From Candidatus Nomurabacteria bacterium (GTDB lineage: Bacteria; Patescibacteriota; Minisyncoccia; Phycocordibacterales; UBA9973): 64,000 nucleotides of DNA. The notes beneath the pieces were generated by a model, which was not told the origin of the DNA, ran no database searches, and saw nothing but the letters and a program-made list of their open reading frames with translations. The stretch spans positions 27,731 through 91,730 of the forward strand of contig JANPIZ010000001.1 in assembly GCA_031425235.1 (NCBI GenBank), written 5' to 3'. Shown piece by piece: positions 1 through 11,787 of the stretch (position 1 is its first letter; each line of letters opens with the position of its first letter). A program made the position numbers and the translations under genes.

Positions 1-3000
1 ATTGGCAGCAGGAGCTGAGCCAAAACTTGTTCCTCTTAGCAATACCCCTGCTCCAGCTGTACGAGAGAAACTAGCAAAGGTCATGGTAGTTGATCCCCCA
101 GCCCCTGGAGTGACTGTGACTACATTACGACCAGATGCAAGAGTGAGGGCGCCCGTTGTTTCAGAAGAAGCCCCCGCAGTATTACCAATGAAATTAAAGT
201 TCCCACCATTCATGGTCAGAGCCAGAGCATCACCGAGACGACTCGCGACAGCAGTAGAAGTGTTGTCGAGAGTAAGTGTGCCGCCCAAGTTGACAGTAAT
301 AGTTGTAGTAGTGGCTGAGCCCGAACCACTCAAAGTGAGCGTACCAGCATTGATTGTCGTTGTGCTACTAATAGTATTCACGCCGGTTAAAGTCACAGTA
401 TTGTTTGTATTTTTTACAACTGCAATTGCACCAGCTAAAATTCCACTAACTGTGCCACTTTCTAAAGTATAAGCAGTGCCTGTCAAAGCTGCTGAGTTAG
501 TAATAGTTCCGCCAACAAGTGTAACCGTACCAATAGTATCGGCATTTGCACCACTATTAAAAATACCTCCATTAACAACTAAGTTTGTACCAACAAGTGT
601 TGTAGTAGCTGCGTAAGCAAACGTACCAGTATCTACTCTTGTGGCTCCGGTATATAGATTCGCTCCTGTTACAGTTAAAGTTCCAGCACCTTGCTTCGTA
701 ATTCCGAGGGCAACCGCAGGGAAAACAGCACTGGTCGTGATGTTGCCTGCCCCACCAATATATAGTAAAAATGCACCACTCACAGCCCCTGTGATTGTCA
801 TTGTTCCAGAAGCATTTGTAATACGAGAATCAGTACCTTGAGCAATTGTGCCACCAAAAGTACCACTGCTACCGATAAGAGCCCCACCATCATTGATTCC
901 ACGTCCGTTTATAGTCAATGCCTCAGTTGTAGGCATTGTAAAACTATTAAAATCTAACACTGCACCAGTGTAAACAACCGCACCTCCGGCATTGGTACCA
1001 AATGGTGTGTTTGTTGCTCCACCAGTCGCACCAAGTTTATATGTTCCAAGGTTTACTGCAGTAGCTCCTGTATAAGTGCTTTGTCCAGAAAATGTCCAGG
1101 TACCAGTACCAATTTTAGTAACAGTGCCAGCGACAGTACCTACGATACTTGAGAGAGTTCCGACACCTGATCCCCCTAGAGTTAGACCGAATCCAGATCC
1201 TGTTATTGTCCCTGCAGCAGTCAAATTTATATCTCCGTAATCGGCCTTAATAGTAGAAGCTGCACCAAGTGTGATCAGTCCAGTAAATGTCACCGCAGAG
1301 CCAGAACTATTCATAAGTGCTCCAGAAGCAAAGTCCCCGAGTCCGTATCCAACTCCATTTATAGTAAGAGGTTCTGCTATACCCAAATTAATTCCATTTA
1401 AATCAAGCCGAGCACCAAGAGCAACAGTAGTTATACCTCCAGTTGTACCAAGTGGTGAGTTTGTACCACCAACTGAGGCTACACCAATCTTCACCGTACC
1501 CACACTGATAGTGGTTGCGCCTGTATACGACGAGCTACCATTAGACAGGGTTAGTACCCCGATTCCGTCTTTTGTTAGAGTGCCGCTAGTTGTCCCAATA
1601 ACTCCAGAAAAAGTACTGTCACTAAATCCTCCAATAGTTAAACCAATTGTTGCCCCCGAAATTGCACTACTTATAGTCAAAGCTCCATAGTCAGCATTTA
1701 TACGAGACGCTGCAGCAAGAGTGATCGCTCCACTATAACTTGCCGGAGTTCCTGAGGTATTCATGAGCGCTCCCATGTTACTGTTACCATTGGCAACAGT
1801 GGTACCCGGGCCAAATCCGAGCCCGGTCATAGATGTTATCCCTTCAGCGGTTCCTAAAGTAAAACCATTCAAGTCGAGTGCTGCGCCGGCGGCGATAGTA
1901 GTACCAGCAGCAGTCGTACCAAGCGGAGTGTTCGTTCCCCCACCAGCCGCGCCGAGTTTCAAAATACCACTCGTGATAGTAGTTACGCCAGTATAAGTAT
2001 TGTCTCGAGAGAGAGTAACAGTAGCATTGGCAGGTGCATTTGTTGCGACCACTGTAACAGCAGACGCACCATTGATAATTGCGCTGACAGTCCCCTCTCT
2101 TAAACTATATGAAGTTCCAGATAAAACTCCTGTTGATCCAGTAATAGTTCCGTTTTGTAAGATGACAGCACCAACTGTATCTGAGCTTCCATTTATATTT
2201 AACGTCCCACCATTTACCGTTATCCCACCACTCGAAAGTGCATTACTAATTCCATAAGTCAGAGTTGCGCCGTTTACGGAAGTAAGACCAGTATGAAGGC
2301 TGGCTGTGCTGAGGGTGACATTCCCTGTCCCACTTACTGTAAGTGATCCTGCTGCAGCTGTTCCAATGACCGCAGAGATAGTGGAGTTTGCTGTAGCGTG
2401 AATATTGAGTTCACTAGTAGTGATACCAAGAGTAGTACTAGCCCCCGCAATATCTGTAGCCGAATTTATTAAAATGTTTCCTGCGAGCGATCCTCCATTA
2501 GAAATGGTGATGGTAGCCGCACCATTTGTAATGCCGAAACCATTTAGTATTAGAGAGTTGACGCTCACCGTGCTTGCGGCAACATTTGCAGCGAGTTTTA
2601 CATTTGTATTAGTTGTGAGAGTTGTAGAATATTCTCCTGAAAATCCAGCGCCATTTAACAATCGCAGACCATTAGTATTACCAAGGTTGTAAGTCACCAT
2701 ATCAGTACCTGTACCACTAAGCGAATTGTCACCAAAAGCTCCTTTGAGTATACTTGCTGTTGTGGTCCCCGCTGCACCAGCTGCACCAGCTAAAGCTGGA
2801 GATACAGGAGCAGTTGTGAACATTAAAGTAGAAACGTTAGGACCAGGAGTGGAGCCTAAGCTCGTCCCTCGAAAGAGCACACTCGCGCCAGCAGTACGAG
2901 CAAAGCTTGCAAAAGTCATAGTAGTAGACCCCCCTGCGCCGGGAGTAACAGTGACAACGTTATGTCCCGTAGAAAGAGTGAGAGCTCCGGCTGTTTCCAT

Positions 3001-4857
3001 AGATAAACCAGTAGTATTACCAATGAAATTAAAGTTACCACCGTTCATAGTCAGAGCGGCTGAATCACTAATACGGTTATAAATTGCGATAGAAGAATCA
3101 TCGAGGGTGAGTGTTCCACCAGAATTGATAGAGATAGTAGAAAGAGGAATGGCTCCAGCACCGCTTAGTGTGAGAGTACCCCTATTAATAATAGTAGTTC
3201 CAGTGTAATTACTAAAGGATTGGATTGTTAACGTACCTGTATCATTTTTCGTTAGAGTGGCTGATGTACCATAGATAGGTGCTGATGAAGTAAAAGTAGT
3301 ATTCCCCGCACCACCTATTGTAAGCCCTACAGCTGCTGCAGAAAGACCTTTAGCGTCAATAGTCAAAGTCGTTCCAGTGTCTGACATGATCATAGGCACT
3401 GTACCGAGAGTAAGTAAACCTGTGAGAGTATTGTTACCTGTTCTATTTCTAATAGCTCCAGTATATAGGTGTCCAGTTCCAGAAAAAGTTATATATTCAG
3501 GTATAGAGAGTCCACTACCATTTATCTGAAGTGTAGCACCAGCAGTGACTGTGGTAATACCATCGATAAGACCGAGGGCAGTGCTGTTTTGAATTTCTAA
3601 AATACCCAAGCTCACAGTCGTAGCACCAGTGTATAAATTCGGCCTCGTAAGTACCACAGTCCCCGGCGTGCTTTTTGTTATTGCTCCACCGTCACCAGCA
3701 ATAATTGCACTAATAGTACCCGCATACACTGTCCAAGTAGCACTAGAAAGTATTCCAGAAGTACCGGTAATAGTTCCGCTTGCTAAGTCTAGTGTACCTA
3801 AAGTAACTGGTCCGACCATGTCTGAAAAGGTCGCAATGTCTAGTGTTCCGCCAGTAACTGTGACCGCACCTGAAAGAATGGCATTATCTACTCCATACAC
3901 AATAGTACCAGCGTTAATAGTCAATAAGCCTGTGTTTGTATTTGGAAAATTATAAGTGACAGTACCGGCACCATTTTTAGTAATTGTGCCGCTACCCGCG
4001 AGTGGGGCCGTAGAAAATACCATGTTTCCTGATCCATCAAAAATTAATGGTGCGTTTCCTGTCGTACCACCAGTAATAGTTAGCGTTCCAGAGTCAGAAG
4101 CTATTTCAGTACCACCAGCTGAACTTAAAGTAATAAGTCCACCAAAAGTATTTGTACCACTTATATTTCTTAGTGCACCGCCAGTACCCGAGACACCCCA
4201 ACCACGCAGAGCCAAAGCTTCGTAACTGATATTTATGTTTCCTTGTAGTTCTAAGGCAGCACCGCCGACAACTTCTGTCCCTGCAAGAATTGTTCCGAGC
4301 GCTGTCGCATGCCGGGCATTAACTACACCTACGTTTATTTTTAAAATTCCACCGAAAGTATTACCACCAGATAGCACTAATGTCCCTGTACCTTCTTTAT
4401 TCATACCACCAACTCCACTAATCCTACCGCTGATAGTCAAATTTTCGGCTGTGTTAGTAACAACAATATCTCGAGTAGCATCCACACGAATATCGAGTGC
4501 GATAGTATTGCCACCAGAAGCGACACTATCAGTAATACCCGCTAAGCCTGGCCCGAGAATAATTGCGTTACCAGACAGAGTATAACCACTACCTGTGAGA
4601 GTGATGGAGTTTATGATTGTATTTTCTGTTAAGTCGTTGGTGTTGGAAAGATTTGAGGCACCAGATGGAAAAACTAAATCGTCCCCAGTGACGGGTACAG
4701 TGCCTCCCCAGTTACTGGCTACGGACCATGAGCCACTCGTGGTCCCCGTCCAGGTTCTGGTTGCAGCTTCTGCCTTATTTGAATTTACAAAAAATATTAA
4801 TCCAAAGATAAAAAATATTGTGGAAAATTTTATTATTTTTTTAAAATTAATTTTCAT
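1..4857 (-). CDS. Giant secreted protein with autotransporter-associated beta-strand (PATR-like) repeats; 3' end outside window
   Basis: Absent from the ORF track (no stop in window). ATG at 4857 gives MKINFKKIIKFSTIFFIFGLIFFVNSNKAEA-ATRTWTGTTSGSWSVASNWGG (signal peptide). Same frame at position 1. Repeats such as LTKDGIGVLTLSNGSSSYTGATTISVGTVKIG, VTKIGTGTWTFSGQSTYTGATAVNLGT, ITKQGAGTLTVTGANLYTGATRV. The many + strand ORFs here are antisense shadows. Confidence 0.88.
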   Translation of the reverse strand, partial: MKINFKKIIKFSTIFFIFGLIFFVNSNKAEAATRTWTGTTSGSWSVASNWGGTVPVTGDDLVFPSGASNLSNTNDLTENTIINSITLTGSGYTLSGNAIILGPGLAGITDSVASGGNTIALDIRVDATRDIVVTNTAENLTISGRISGVGGMNKEGTGTLVLSGGNTFGGILKINVGVVNARHATALGTILAGTEVVGGAALELQGNINISYEALALRGWGVSGTGGALRNISGTNTFGGLITLSSAGGTEIASDSGTLTITGGTTGNAPLIFDGSGNMVFSTAPLAGSGTITKNGAGTVTYNFPNTNTGLLTINAGTIVYGVDNAILSGAVTVTGGTLDIATFSDMVGPVTLGTLDLASGTITGTSGILSSATWTVYAGTISAIIAGDGGAITKSTPGTVVLTRPNLYTGATTVSLGILEIQNSTALGLIDGITTVTAGATLQINGSGLSIPEYITFSGTGHLYTGAIRNRTGNNTLTGLLTLGTVPMIMSDTGTTLTIDAKGLSAAAVGLTIGGAGNTTFTSSAPIYGTSATLTKNDTGTLTIQSFSNYTGTTIINRGTLTLSGAGAIPLSTISINSGGTLTLDDSSIAIYNRISDSAALTMNGGNFNFIGNTTGLSMETAGALTLSTGHNVVTVTPGAGGSTTMTFASFARTAGASVLFRGTSLGSTPGPNVSTLMFTTAPVSPALAGAAGAAGTTTASILKGAFGDNSLSGTGTDMVTYNLGNTNGLRLLNGAGFSGEYSTTLTTNTNVKLAANVAASTVSVNSLILNGFGITNGAATITISNGGSLAGNILINSATDIAGASTTLGITTSELNIHATANSTISAVIGTAAAGSLTVSGTGNVTLSTASLHTGLTSVNGATLTYGISNALSSGGITVNGGTLNINGSSDTVGAVILQNGTITGSTGVLSGTSYSLREGTVSAIINGASAVTVVATNAPANATVTLSRDNTYTGVTTITSGILKLGAAGGGTNTPLGTTAAGTTIAAGAALDLNGFTLGTAEGITSMTGLGFGPGTTVANGNSNMGALMNTSGTPASYSGAITLAAASRINADYGALTISSAISGATIGLTIGGFSDSTFSGVIGTTSGTLTKDGIGVLTLSNGSSSYTGATTISVGTVKIGVASVGGTNSPLGTTGGITTVALGARLDLNGINLGIAEPLTINGVGYGLGDFASGALMNSSGSAVTFTGLITLGAASTIKADYGDINLTAAGTITGSGFGLTLGGSGVGTLSSIVGTVAGTVTKIGTGTWTFSGQSTYTGATAVNLGTYKLGATGGATNTPFGTNAGGAVVYTGAVLDFNSFTMPTTEALTINGRGINDGGALIGSSGTFGGTIAQGTDSRITNASGTMTITGAVSGAFLLYIGGAGNITTSAVFPAVALGITKQGAGTLTVTGANLYTGATRVDTGTFAYAATTTLVGTNLVVNGGIFNSGANADTIGTVTLVGGTITNSAALTGTAYTLESGTVSGILAGAIAVVKNTNNTVTLTGVNTISSTTTINAGTLTLSGSGSATTTTITVNLGGTLTLDNTSTAVASRLGDALALTMNGGNFNFIGNTAGASSETTGALTLASGRNVVTVTPGAGGSTTMTFASFSRTAGAGVLLRGTSFGSAPAAN

Positions 4858-4864
4858 GTATTTA

Positions 4865-5899
4865 CTATTGTGCGTCACTTGAAAACTTATCAACGCCATC
4901 ATAAATTATTTTTGAGATTTTTTGAATCTGTAACTTTTCAGAGTTAAGATCGCCGCCCTTGGTCATAATACAAACTATGTAGGGAATATTTGGATGGTAC
5001 ACAATACCACAATCATGCAACTCAATTTTTTTCTTTCGTCCCGTTTCAATTAATTCTCTTTCTCCAAATTTATGACTAACTACAATATTACTAGGTACTC
5101 CAGCCACTATGCCATCTTTGAAAACAGCTTGTGATAATATTGTCAAAGCCTCTTCAGAATTTTCCCTACTTAAATATGAAGCATTATATAAAACCAATAA
5201 AAAACGACCAATATCTCGAGTAGTCACAAAATCTTTCTCAGCTATTTCTCCATCAGTGGCTGGCAGTGAAATTTTCATATCAGTAAATATAGATTTCAAA
5301 GAGTCTTGGCGATATTTATATAGTAGCTGAAGTGCGTTATTGTCGGAATTAATAATCATTTCTTTCATCAGCTCTTTGACTGTATACGTCTGCCCGGGAA
5401 CAATAGTCCCATTGCCGAGATTTTTTACTCTATTAAAATTTTTACCTTGATAAGTAATTTTTTGATCAAGCAAATCTTTTTCAGTTTCTTGAAGTTTGTA
5501 ATAAGAAATCAGCATCGGTAACTTTAGTAAACTAGCTGGAATAAAAGTGTCTGCGGCATTTATACTAAACCAGCCCGAGTTATTTAAATTTAGAAAAAAT
5601 ACTCCTACTTTTATATCAGGCCTCTCAGCTACAACATCTTCGACTAAATTTTTTAATTTACGTTCTGCTGGAAACCATTTTAATGTTTCCTCTTCATTAC
5701 CATAACCAGAATTTAATAATGGTTTGATGAATTTATACTGACCGGTATCCAAACGACTATCGCTCGCAAATGGACCAACATTAAAAACACTACTGACTAC
5801 CGGAAAAATCCTAGTATACAATATACCTATTACTACGAGACCCCCCATAAAAAAACCAATAATTAGAAGAGCTATGTGTTTATATACGTTACTTTTCAC
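4865..5899 (-). CDS. Membrane-anchored class A beta-lactamase-like serine hydrolase (Beta-lactamase2/PBP-like)
   Basis: N-terminal TM; SxxK (PASLLK), SDN, and HKFG in place of KTG; HDCGIVY. Confidence 0.85.
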   Translation of the reverse strand: MKSNVYKHIALLIIGFFMGGLVVIGILYTRIFPVVSSVFNVGPFASDSRLDTGQYKFIKPLLNSGYGNEEETLKWFPAERKLKNLVEDVVAERPDIKVGVFFLNLNNSGWFSINAADTFIPASLLKLPMLISYYKLQETEKDLLDQKITYQGKNFNRVKNLGNGTIVPGQTYTVKELMKEMIINSDNNALQLLYKYRQDSLKSIFTDMKISLPATDGEIAEKDFVTTRDIGRFLLVLYNASYLSRENSEEALTILSQAVFKDGIVAGVPSNIVVSHKFGERELIETGRKKKIELHDCGIVYHPNIPYIVCIMTKGGDLNSEKLQIQKISKIIYDGVDKFSSDAQ

Positions 5900-6050
5900 T
5901 TAAGTTTTATTTTTAAAATTTTCTTACTTAAATTATACATTAGTTACACATTGATTTCTATACTATTTTTGAATGTTTTGCTCAGGCCAATACGGCAAAT
6001 TAATTTGTTTAAATTATACGTGTTGGTATATACTGTATACATAAAAACAC

Positions 6051-6593
6051 ATGGAACAAGTACCTAGTAAAAAAATAAAATTTGATAACATACGTAAAAA
6101 ATGGGATGAAGACAACCAAAAATGGTATTTTTCTATTGTAGATATGGTAGGGTTAGTAACGAAAAGCAATGATGCTAGAAATTATTGGAAAGTTTTTAAA
6201 AATCGTTTAAAGACAAAACAAAATAAGTTGGTTACAAGTTGTAACCAACTTAAACTAGAAGCTTCTGATGGTAAATTTTACTTGACAGACGTTGCAGATA
6301 TTAGCACTATAACTGAACTACTAAAAATCATCTCTCCAGAAAATATATTTGGCTTTAGAGCCTGGGCACTTGGTTTGAATGAAGTAAAATTCGAAAAATC
6401 TCTCCCCCAACCTACTAAAAAAATAATGAATGATATTTCTTTCGAGCCGAAGAAAAAAAGTTATCCACAAGTGACTTACACTTTAGCAAATTTGATAAAG
6501 AAAAATCCTGAATCTTCAAACACAGAACTTTCAGAAAAAGAAGAGTCACGAGAGAAAAAATTTAAGAAAATTACAAAGATGCGAACTATCTAA
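6051..6593 (+). CDS. BRO-N domain (phage antirepressor-like) DNA-binding protein
   Basis: IRKKWDEDNQKWYFSIVDMV...RNYWKVFKNRL...CNQLKLEASDGKFYLTDVAD resembles BRO-family N-terminal domain; C-terminus low complexity. Confidence 0.7.
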   Translation: MEQVPSKKIKFDNIRKKWDEDNQKWYFSIVDMVGLVTKSNDARNYWKVFKNRLKTKQNKLVTSCNQLKLEASDGKFYLTDVADISTITELLKIISPENIFGFRAWALGLNEVKFEKSLPQPTKKIMNDISFEPKKKSYPQVTYTLANLIKKNPESSNTELSEKEESREKKFKKITKMRTI

Positions 6594-6596
6594 AAT

Positions 6597-6627
6597 AAAA
6601 AATTCTCGTTTTAAACGAGAATTTTTT
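6597..6627. terminator. Bidirectional intrinsic terminator
   Basis: AAAAAATTCTCGTT-TTA-AACGAGAATTTTTT between convergent genes. Confidence 0.8.
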
Positions 6628-9600
6628 ATTGCGCTGGAGTTGTATCTGGTTCTGGACCTTCGCTTGGAGCTGTCTCCGGAGGTGCGGTAATTTCTGGTGG
6701 TGTATCTTCTGTTGTTGTGTCGGGTGGTGTTACATTTTCAGTTGGTGTTTCTTCGGGTGTAGAAGTTTCACCTCCACTACCTCCAGAACTTTCGTCAGGA
6801 GTTTGTGTGCTTCCTCCATCTTCATCTCCACTATTGTCGACATTGATAACTTCGAGTCCATCCCCAAGGCTCTCGAAAACTTGCACGTCTTTTACCCCAA
6901 GGGCAATCCATGAGAAGCGAATATTTTGTGGTGCTTTTTTGTTGAGTATGATCGTGAATCCAGTTTCATCTTTTTCTATCACAAGTGATGTTATATTTTG
7001 TGCAAGTAAATCATCGATTGAAGTTTCATCCATGTTGTCGGTAGTTTCAAAAGATATGGACGCAGTCACTACTGGAGTTGTCGCATACGGTTCTTCAAAT
7101 TCGACTCGTACAAATTTATCTCCTTCTTTTACGAGAGCAAACCCTGCGGTATCTTTGTTGAATATTGGCGGAAGATTAAATTCAACCTGAGAATCAAAAC
7201 TAATTTTTGCCGGTAAGTCCGGTGTGCCTTTTAGTATTGTAAGCCCCGCAAATGTCGCATCACCAGATACGTTTAATGTATCAGTGCTAACGACTTGAGC
7301 TGTTAAGCGAGGAGTGACGACTTCAAGTCCGGCCACGATACGATCAGTAAGTAATTCAGAAATACTGAATGCTCCTTCTGTATCTTCTTGGTCACTCAAT
7401 AATTTAGCGAGTATTGAAGCTGAGTCTTCTACTGAACCATTCAATGTAAGTCCGGTATAATTATTTAAACTCTCCCCATTAAAATATCCTTGTTCAACGT
7501 ACACCATCACAGTTGCTTTGTTTGAGCCAGAAGTCCAAGACTCTATCGCTTTACCGATAACAACTCCAGCTTTTGTAGCTTTTGTCGCTTTACCCGGTTC
7601 GCCAGACGTAGTAACGTAATCACCAGGGAAAATAGATGCTGAATTTGAGGCAACTTTTACAGGTACGCGTCCGTTTAGAGCAACTGGCATTGGATTGTCT
7701 ACATCTTTTATATTGTGCCCAGCAGAAGTAAAGTCTCCGTAGTTATCAGAAACAATACCGATTGTATTTGTTTGATATGCTTTTGAAGTTTTTTCTAATT
7801 TAGTTATCTGGCCTTTTACTTTATTCCAATCAATATTGCCATCAGTAACATCATATGTAGTCACCATTTCATTACCTGTCGCCACGATATCTCCAAATTC
7901 CACGCCATTTTCTACGGGGTACATTTCTGCATAGTCAGCAGCTGGAGCAGCGTTACAATCCCGTATTTCATATGCCGTACCAGCCGTAGGGCCAGTAGCA
8001 TTTGCTAGACTAGAACAAACAGCGTTTGTAGAGGCCGTTCCCGAAAGACCCATACTCACCACACCTGCGCTTGTAACTTTAAATTTCTGGACACTCGCAT
8101 TTTTGAAATCAAGGAAATCTCCCGTGAATGAAGTTGAGCCTCCACTTACTGCCATGTCTATCAAAATAGCGTCCCCAGTAAATGCAGATGTATCATGATA
8201 TACGCTTAGCATTGATGCTGCAGAAGTCATCGAACCGGTATAGAACCTCGCTACATCTCCTTGGGTTGTACCTGTATTTTCTGCATATAAACCAGCCGGA
8301 ACAGCAACACCTCCAGCCGTACCCGCTGTGATAGCTTGTACACCATATGTTCCAGCAATAGCACGAAGCCCAGTATTAGTACCTGCCGTATTACTTCCAG
8401 CGTTTGATGTGATATCAATACCACGAACAAGATTTGCGAGAGATGTGTTGTCAACTGTACGTATGGTTTCCCCTACCATTGTGTTCGAATTTGTTGTCGG
8501 CGCGTTATTGAAAACAAAACGATTACCGACTTGAACAAATCCAGCGGTTCCTCCGTTGTTAAAGGTATAATCACCATGGATACCAGCTATGGCAGTAGTA
8601 GATCCATTCGAAGCCATAGTGCTGACTATGTTTAATTTTGCAAGTGTTCCAGATGTGAGTGTAGTACCGCCTATCAATACTTGACCACCATCTACATTCA
8701 AACCAATGTTTGCAGTAGTTGCTCCTGAAGCATTTACATATAACCCAACGTTTGTTCCCGAAGTTGCGTTTGTATGAGTATTAGAAATTCGTGCTCCGTA
8801 TGTAGTAATAGCATTTGTAGCCGTTGCGCCGGTTGTCAAAATATTTAATGCTGTTTGAGAAGCTGCGGCCGCTGTACCTGAAACTTGGAGATCTACTAAT
8901 TTTCCTGTTGTTAGTGTTGAAGATGCAGCATATAATCCTGTTCCTGTAGTTAGCGAATTAGCGTTCAAAGCTAATGCAGATGTTGTGGTTGTCCCCGTAA
9001 TAACACCCGAAGTAATCTGAACTGAGCCTGTAGTGTTCGGAGTTAAGGTTATGTTATTACCAACTAAAGCCAAGTCTGCTGCAGTCGCAGTAATTGTTAG
9101 CCCGGCAGCAGCAGTAAGAGCAGTACCGAGACCAGTTATGTTATTCGAGTTCATTCCAAGAGCTAAGTTAGAGAAATTGTATTCATCAGCTCCTGCAATT
9201 TGAACATTCAAAGTTTTACCAGTAACTGTATTAATGTTCATGTCTCCAGTGTTATCACGGAAGATTGAGTTGACTGTTCCTGCTGGAGCACTCGCATCAT
9301 CTGAGGTGAAAGTTAAGGCATCATTAGTAGTGTCATCAACCTCTCCAGAGAATGAGCCGCCGCCACAGCCAGTACAAGTTCCGCTAATTACTACATCACC
9401 ATCAAACCGAGCTGTGCCTGCATCTACCCAGAGAGCATACGCGTTTGTTAAGGCTATATTTGCACCCCCGTCAGCAGGAGCCCCTGCGATATAAACATTC
9501 GCTGCATTGGTAATGGTAACGGCATTAGTGGAATCAAAAGTAGGAATACCAAATGAGTTGGCGACTCCATTAGTACGGGTGCCTGCCCCGTCGCTATCGG

Positions 9601-11389
9601 TATAAGTAGCAGCTGTTGCTTGCAATTGAATTCCGTTTAAACCCCAAGCTGCCTGAGACATGTTACCAGCTAGTTCAAGACGGGCGTCTGGAGAAGCTTG
9701 ACCAATACCTACACTACCACTAGCAAGGATTCTCATAACTTCATTAGTGCCACTTGCCTGCAAGTCTCCGCCTCCATTAAAGGAAAAGTGAGATGCAGAT
9801 GGTACATAGAACTGAGTTTGAAACGCATTTATTCCAATACCATAATTACTACCCGCACCGCCGTTATACAAACTGATTCTGTCCCCCACACTAGAACCGT
9901 TAAAAGAGAGTGGGGATCCTGGAGTTGCATTACCAATGCCGACATTACCGCCATTATCTAACACTAGCTGGTTTGAAACTCCATCTACATTCATCACTAA
10001 GTCACCATTAGAAGTCATTTGGAAATCTGTATAGACAGTTCCATCAGCTTGTGTTAAGCGCAGTTGCGGATTGGTCGCGTCCAATATGTCTAACTTGCGG
10101 TCTGGACCGGTGGTATTAATACCGACATTGGCTCCACCAGTAGATTGCAAAATTAGAGCAGTTCCATTTCCTGTTATTTCGTTTGAAAGAGATCCCCAAG
10201 GAGAGTATGCGCCCATACCAATATCTCCACCACGAACCCCGCCAGACGCTAACACATCCCCTAATACTTGTAACGCGACTAGTGGACCAGCAGTATTAAT
10301 ACCTACTCTATTATTAGTAGCATCTATAGATAGAACGTCAGTGTCGAAAGACAAACCGTTCACGCCACCACTTAACACAATGTTGGTGTCGTTTGAGAAT
10401 GTCCATGTCCCTGCATTAGAAGAAGTAAGGTTTCCGTTTGATGCTACCTGGAACAAGTCACCAGAACCCACTGTCAACAGCGCCGCAGGAGTTGCGTCGC
10501 CGATACCGACGTTACCACCATTGAAAATGGCAGCATAGTTAGCAGTCGTACCACCAGATGCTGTAACATACAAACCTACGTTAGTGGAAGTGGTGCCAGT
10601 ATGAGTGTTAGAAATTTGAGCACCATATGTTGTAATACCAGAAGTAGCGTTAATGCCTTGCAAAGAAATATTCAAACCAGTTTGAGAAGCGCCAGCCGCC
10701 GTACCGTTTGAAGAAAGATTTAGTAATGTTCCGGTAGAAAGTCCGTTTCCATTAACACTAGCCAGGATGCCACTCGTCGCACTGTTAGCCGTCAAATTTA
10801 ATAACCCAGTACCAGTATAAATTCCAGTATTAGTAAGTGCGATATCTGCACCGCTCGTGTTAGTTGTGCCGACAAAAACTTTTCCATTACCATACACACC
10901 ATTTGCTGTGATCGCGAATGCTGATGAAACAATTTGTGGGCGAGGAGAAAGGCTTTCAAAACTTTCTGCTCCATCCCCTGGTGCACACGTAGCTCCAACC
11001 TTTGTTGCAACTTGCACATCTACAAAAGCTTGGTCGTCAGTAAATGTGAGGTCAAGAGTATCGCCACCCGCTGCTACATCGCCGATACTTCCATCAAATA
11101 CTCCAAGACGCGTGACGATGGTCATCGTAGACGGAGAACCTGTTGGCCAAATTTTTGAGCCACCTGTCGTTGCATCATAAATAGAAAATTTATAACAATA
11201 ATCTGTACCCCCGGAAGTCCCGAGCAAGTTACCACTTGAATCCATAAGTCGTCCTTGGAAATTTATTATCTTTGGAACTCCAGCTGTTGCATGCAGTAAC
11301 GTGGGAGATAAAAAAGCAGAAATTATAAAAATTAAAATAAAAATAGAATAGAGAGAACGTATTTTTTTGAAAAAGGAAAAGGTTTTCAT
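6626..11389 (-). CDS. Giant secreted tail-fibre-like surface protein (1587 aa) with NVGIG repeats and a C-terminal intramolecular-chaperone-like region
   Basis: Signal peptide; [11 protein letters not shown]-domain; repeated GNVGIG/RVGIN; ADYAEMY...[12 protein letters not shown]...PGDYVTTS...VIGKA; acidic Pro/Thr tail. Confidence 0.8.
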   Translation of the reverse strand: MKTFSFFKKIRSLYSIFILIFIISAFLSPTLLHATAGVPKIINFQGRLMDSSGNLLGTSGGTDYCYKFSIYDATTGGSKIWPTGSPSTMTIVTRLGVFDGSIGDVAAGGDTLDLTFTDDQAFVDVQVATKVGATCAPGDGAESFESLSPRPQIVSSAFAITANGVYGNGKVFVGTTNTSGADIALTNTGIYTGTGLLNLTANSATSGILASVNGNGLSTGTLLNLSSNGTAAGASQTGLNISLQGINATSGITTYGAQISNTHTGTTSTNVGLYVTASGGTTANYAAIFNGGNVGIGDATPAALLTVGSGDLFQVASNGNLTSSNAGTWTFSNDTNIVLSGGVNGLSFDTDVLSIDATNNRVGINTAGPLVALQVLGDVLASGGVRGGDIGMGAYSPWGSLSNEITGNGTALILQSTGGANVGINTTGPDRKLDILDATNPQLRLTQADGTVYTDFQMTSNGDLVMNVDGVSNQLVLDNGGNVGIGNATPGSPLSFNGSSVGDRISLYNGGAGSNYGIGINAFQTQFYVPSASHFSFNGGGDLQASGTNEVMRILASGSVGIGQASPDARLELAGNMSQAAWGLNGIQLQATAATYTDSDGAGTRTNGVANSFGIPTFDSTNAVTITNAANVYIAGAPADGGANIALTNAYALWVDAGTARFDGDVVISGTCTGCGGGSFSGEVDDTTNDALTFTSDDASAPAGTVNSIFRDNTGDMNINTVTGKTLNVQIAGADEYNFSNLALGMNSNNITGLGTALTAAAGLTITATAADLALVGNNITLTPNTTGSVQITSGVITGTTTTSALALNANSLTTGTGLYAASSTLTTGKLVDLQVSGTAAAASQTALNILTTGATATNAITTYGARISNTHTNATSGTNVGLYVNASGATTANIGLNVDGGQVLIGGTTLTSGTLAKLNIVSTMASNGSTTAIAGIHGDYTFNNGGTAGFVQVGNRFVFNNAPTTNSNTMVGETIRTVDNTSLANLVRGIDITSNAGSNTAGTNTGLRAIAGTYGVQAITAGTAGGVAVPAGLYAENTGTTQGDVARFYTGSMTSAASMLSVYHDTSAFTGDAILIDMAVSGGSTSFTGDFLDFKNASVQKFKVTSAGVVSMGLSGTASTNAVCSSLANATGPTAGTAYEIRDCNAAPAADYAEMYPVENGVEFGDIVATGNEMVTTYDVTDGNIDWNKVKGQITKLEKTSKAYQTNTIGIVSDNYGDFTSAGHNIKDVDNPMPVALNGRVPVKVASNSASIFPGDYVTTSGEPGKATKATKAGVVIGKAIESWTSGSNKATVMVYVEQGYFNGESLNNYTGLTLNGSVEDSASILAKLLSDQEDTEGAFSISELLTDRIVAGLEVVTPRLTAQVVSTDTLNVSGDATFAGLTILKGTPDLPAKISFDSQVEFNLPPIFNKDTAGFALVKEGDKFVRVEFEEPYATTPVVTASISFETTDNMDETSIDDLLAQNITSLVIEKDETGFTIILNKKAPQNIRFSWIALGVKDVQVFESLGDGLEVINVDNSGDEDGGSTQTPDESSGGSGGETSTPEETPTENVTPPDTTTEDTPPEITAPPETAPSEGPEPDTTPAQ

Positions 11390-11787
11390 TAAAATTTTAA
11401 TTCTTTAAATTCTTCTGTCTCTCGTTCGGTAAAGTTAGCAAATTGGGTATGTTCTGCTTTTGCCTGAGCTTGGATTCTGCTATTAAAAGTTTGTTGATTG
11501 TAAAAATACATCCCGACTGAAAAAAGAAGTACGCAAGCAAATGCATATACATAGCTTTTATTCATCCTTTGACAGAAAAGCAGGAAATTTCTCATAATCA
11601 AATTTTTATTCCGAATTTTTTGTCTAAAAATGTAGCTTTTAATTTCTTCTTCAGTGGTAACCCAATTGCGCCCCATCTTGTCCCCTTTTATTTCTTTTTT
11701 TCGTATGAGTGAACTCAAATAATCCTGGTGGTAGCCAGAAATTTGTGCCGCTTGGTGTAATGAGATTACTTTTTTTAAGTTTGGCAT
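11389..11787 (-). CDS. Helix-turn-helix protein (excisionase/MerR-like) with a C-terminal TM helix
   Basis: [38 protein letters not shown]; hydrophobic [17 protein letters not shown]; TAATG overlap with downstream gene. Confidence 0.75.
   Translation of the reverse strand: MPNLKKVISLHQAAQISGYHQDYLSSLIRKKEIKGDKMGRNWVTTEEEIKSYIFRQKIRNKNLIMRNFLLFCQRMNKSYVYAFACVLLFSVGMYFYNQQTFNSRIQAQAKAEHTQFANFTERETEEFKELKF

Noticed and set aside
2-4882. Numerous + strand ORFs (Val/Pro/Ala-rich), also at 6629-11180
   Set aside because: Antisense shadows of Gly/Thr-rich minus-strand surface-protein genes.
6051-11787. BRO protein + tail-fibre-like gene + excisionase-like HTH as a prophage
   Set aside because: No integrase, terminase, capsid or att sites; the fibre has a Sec signal.
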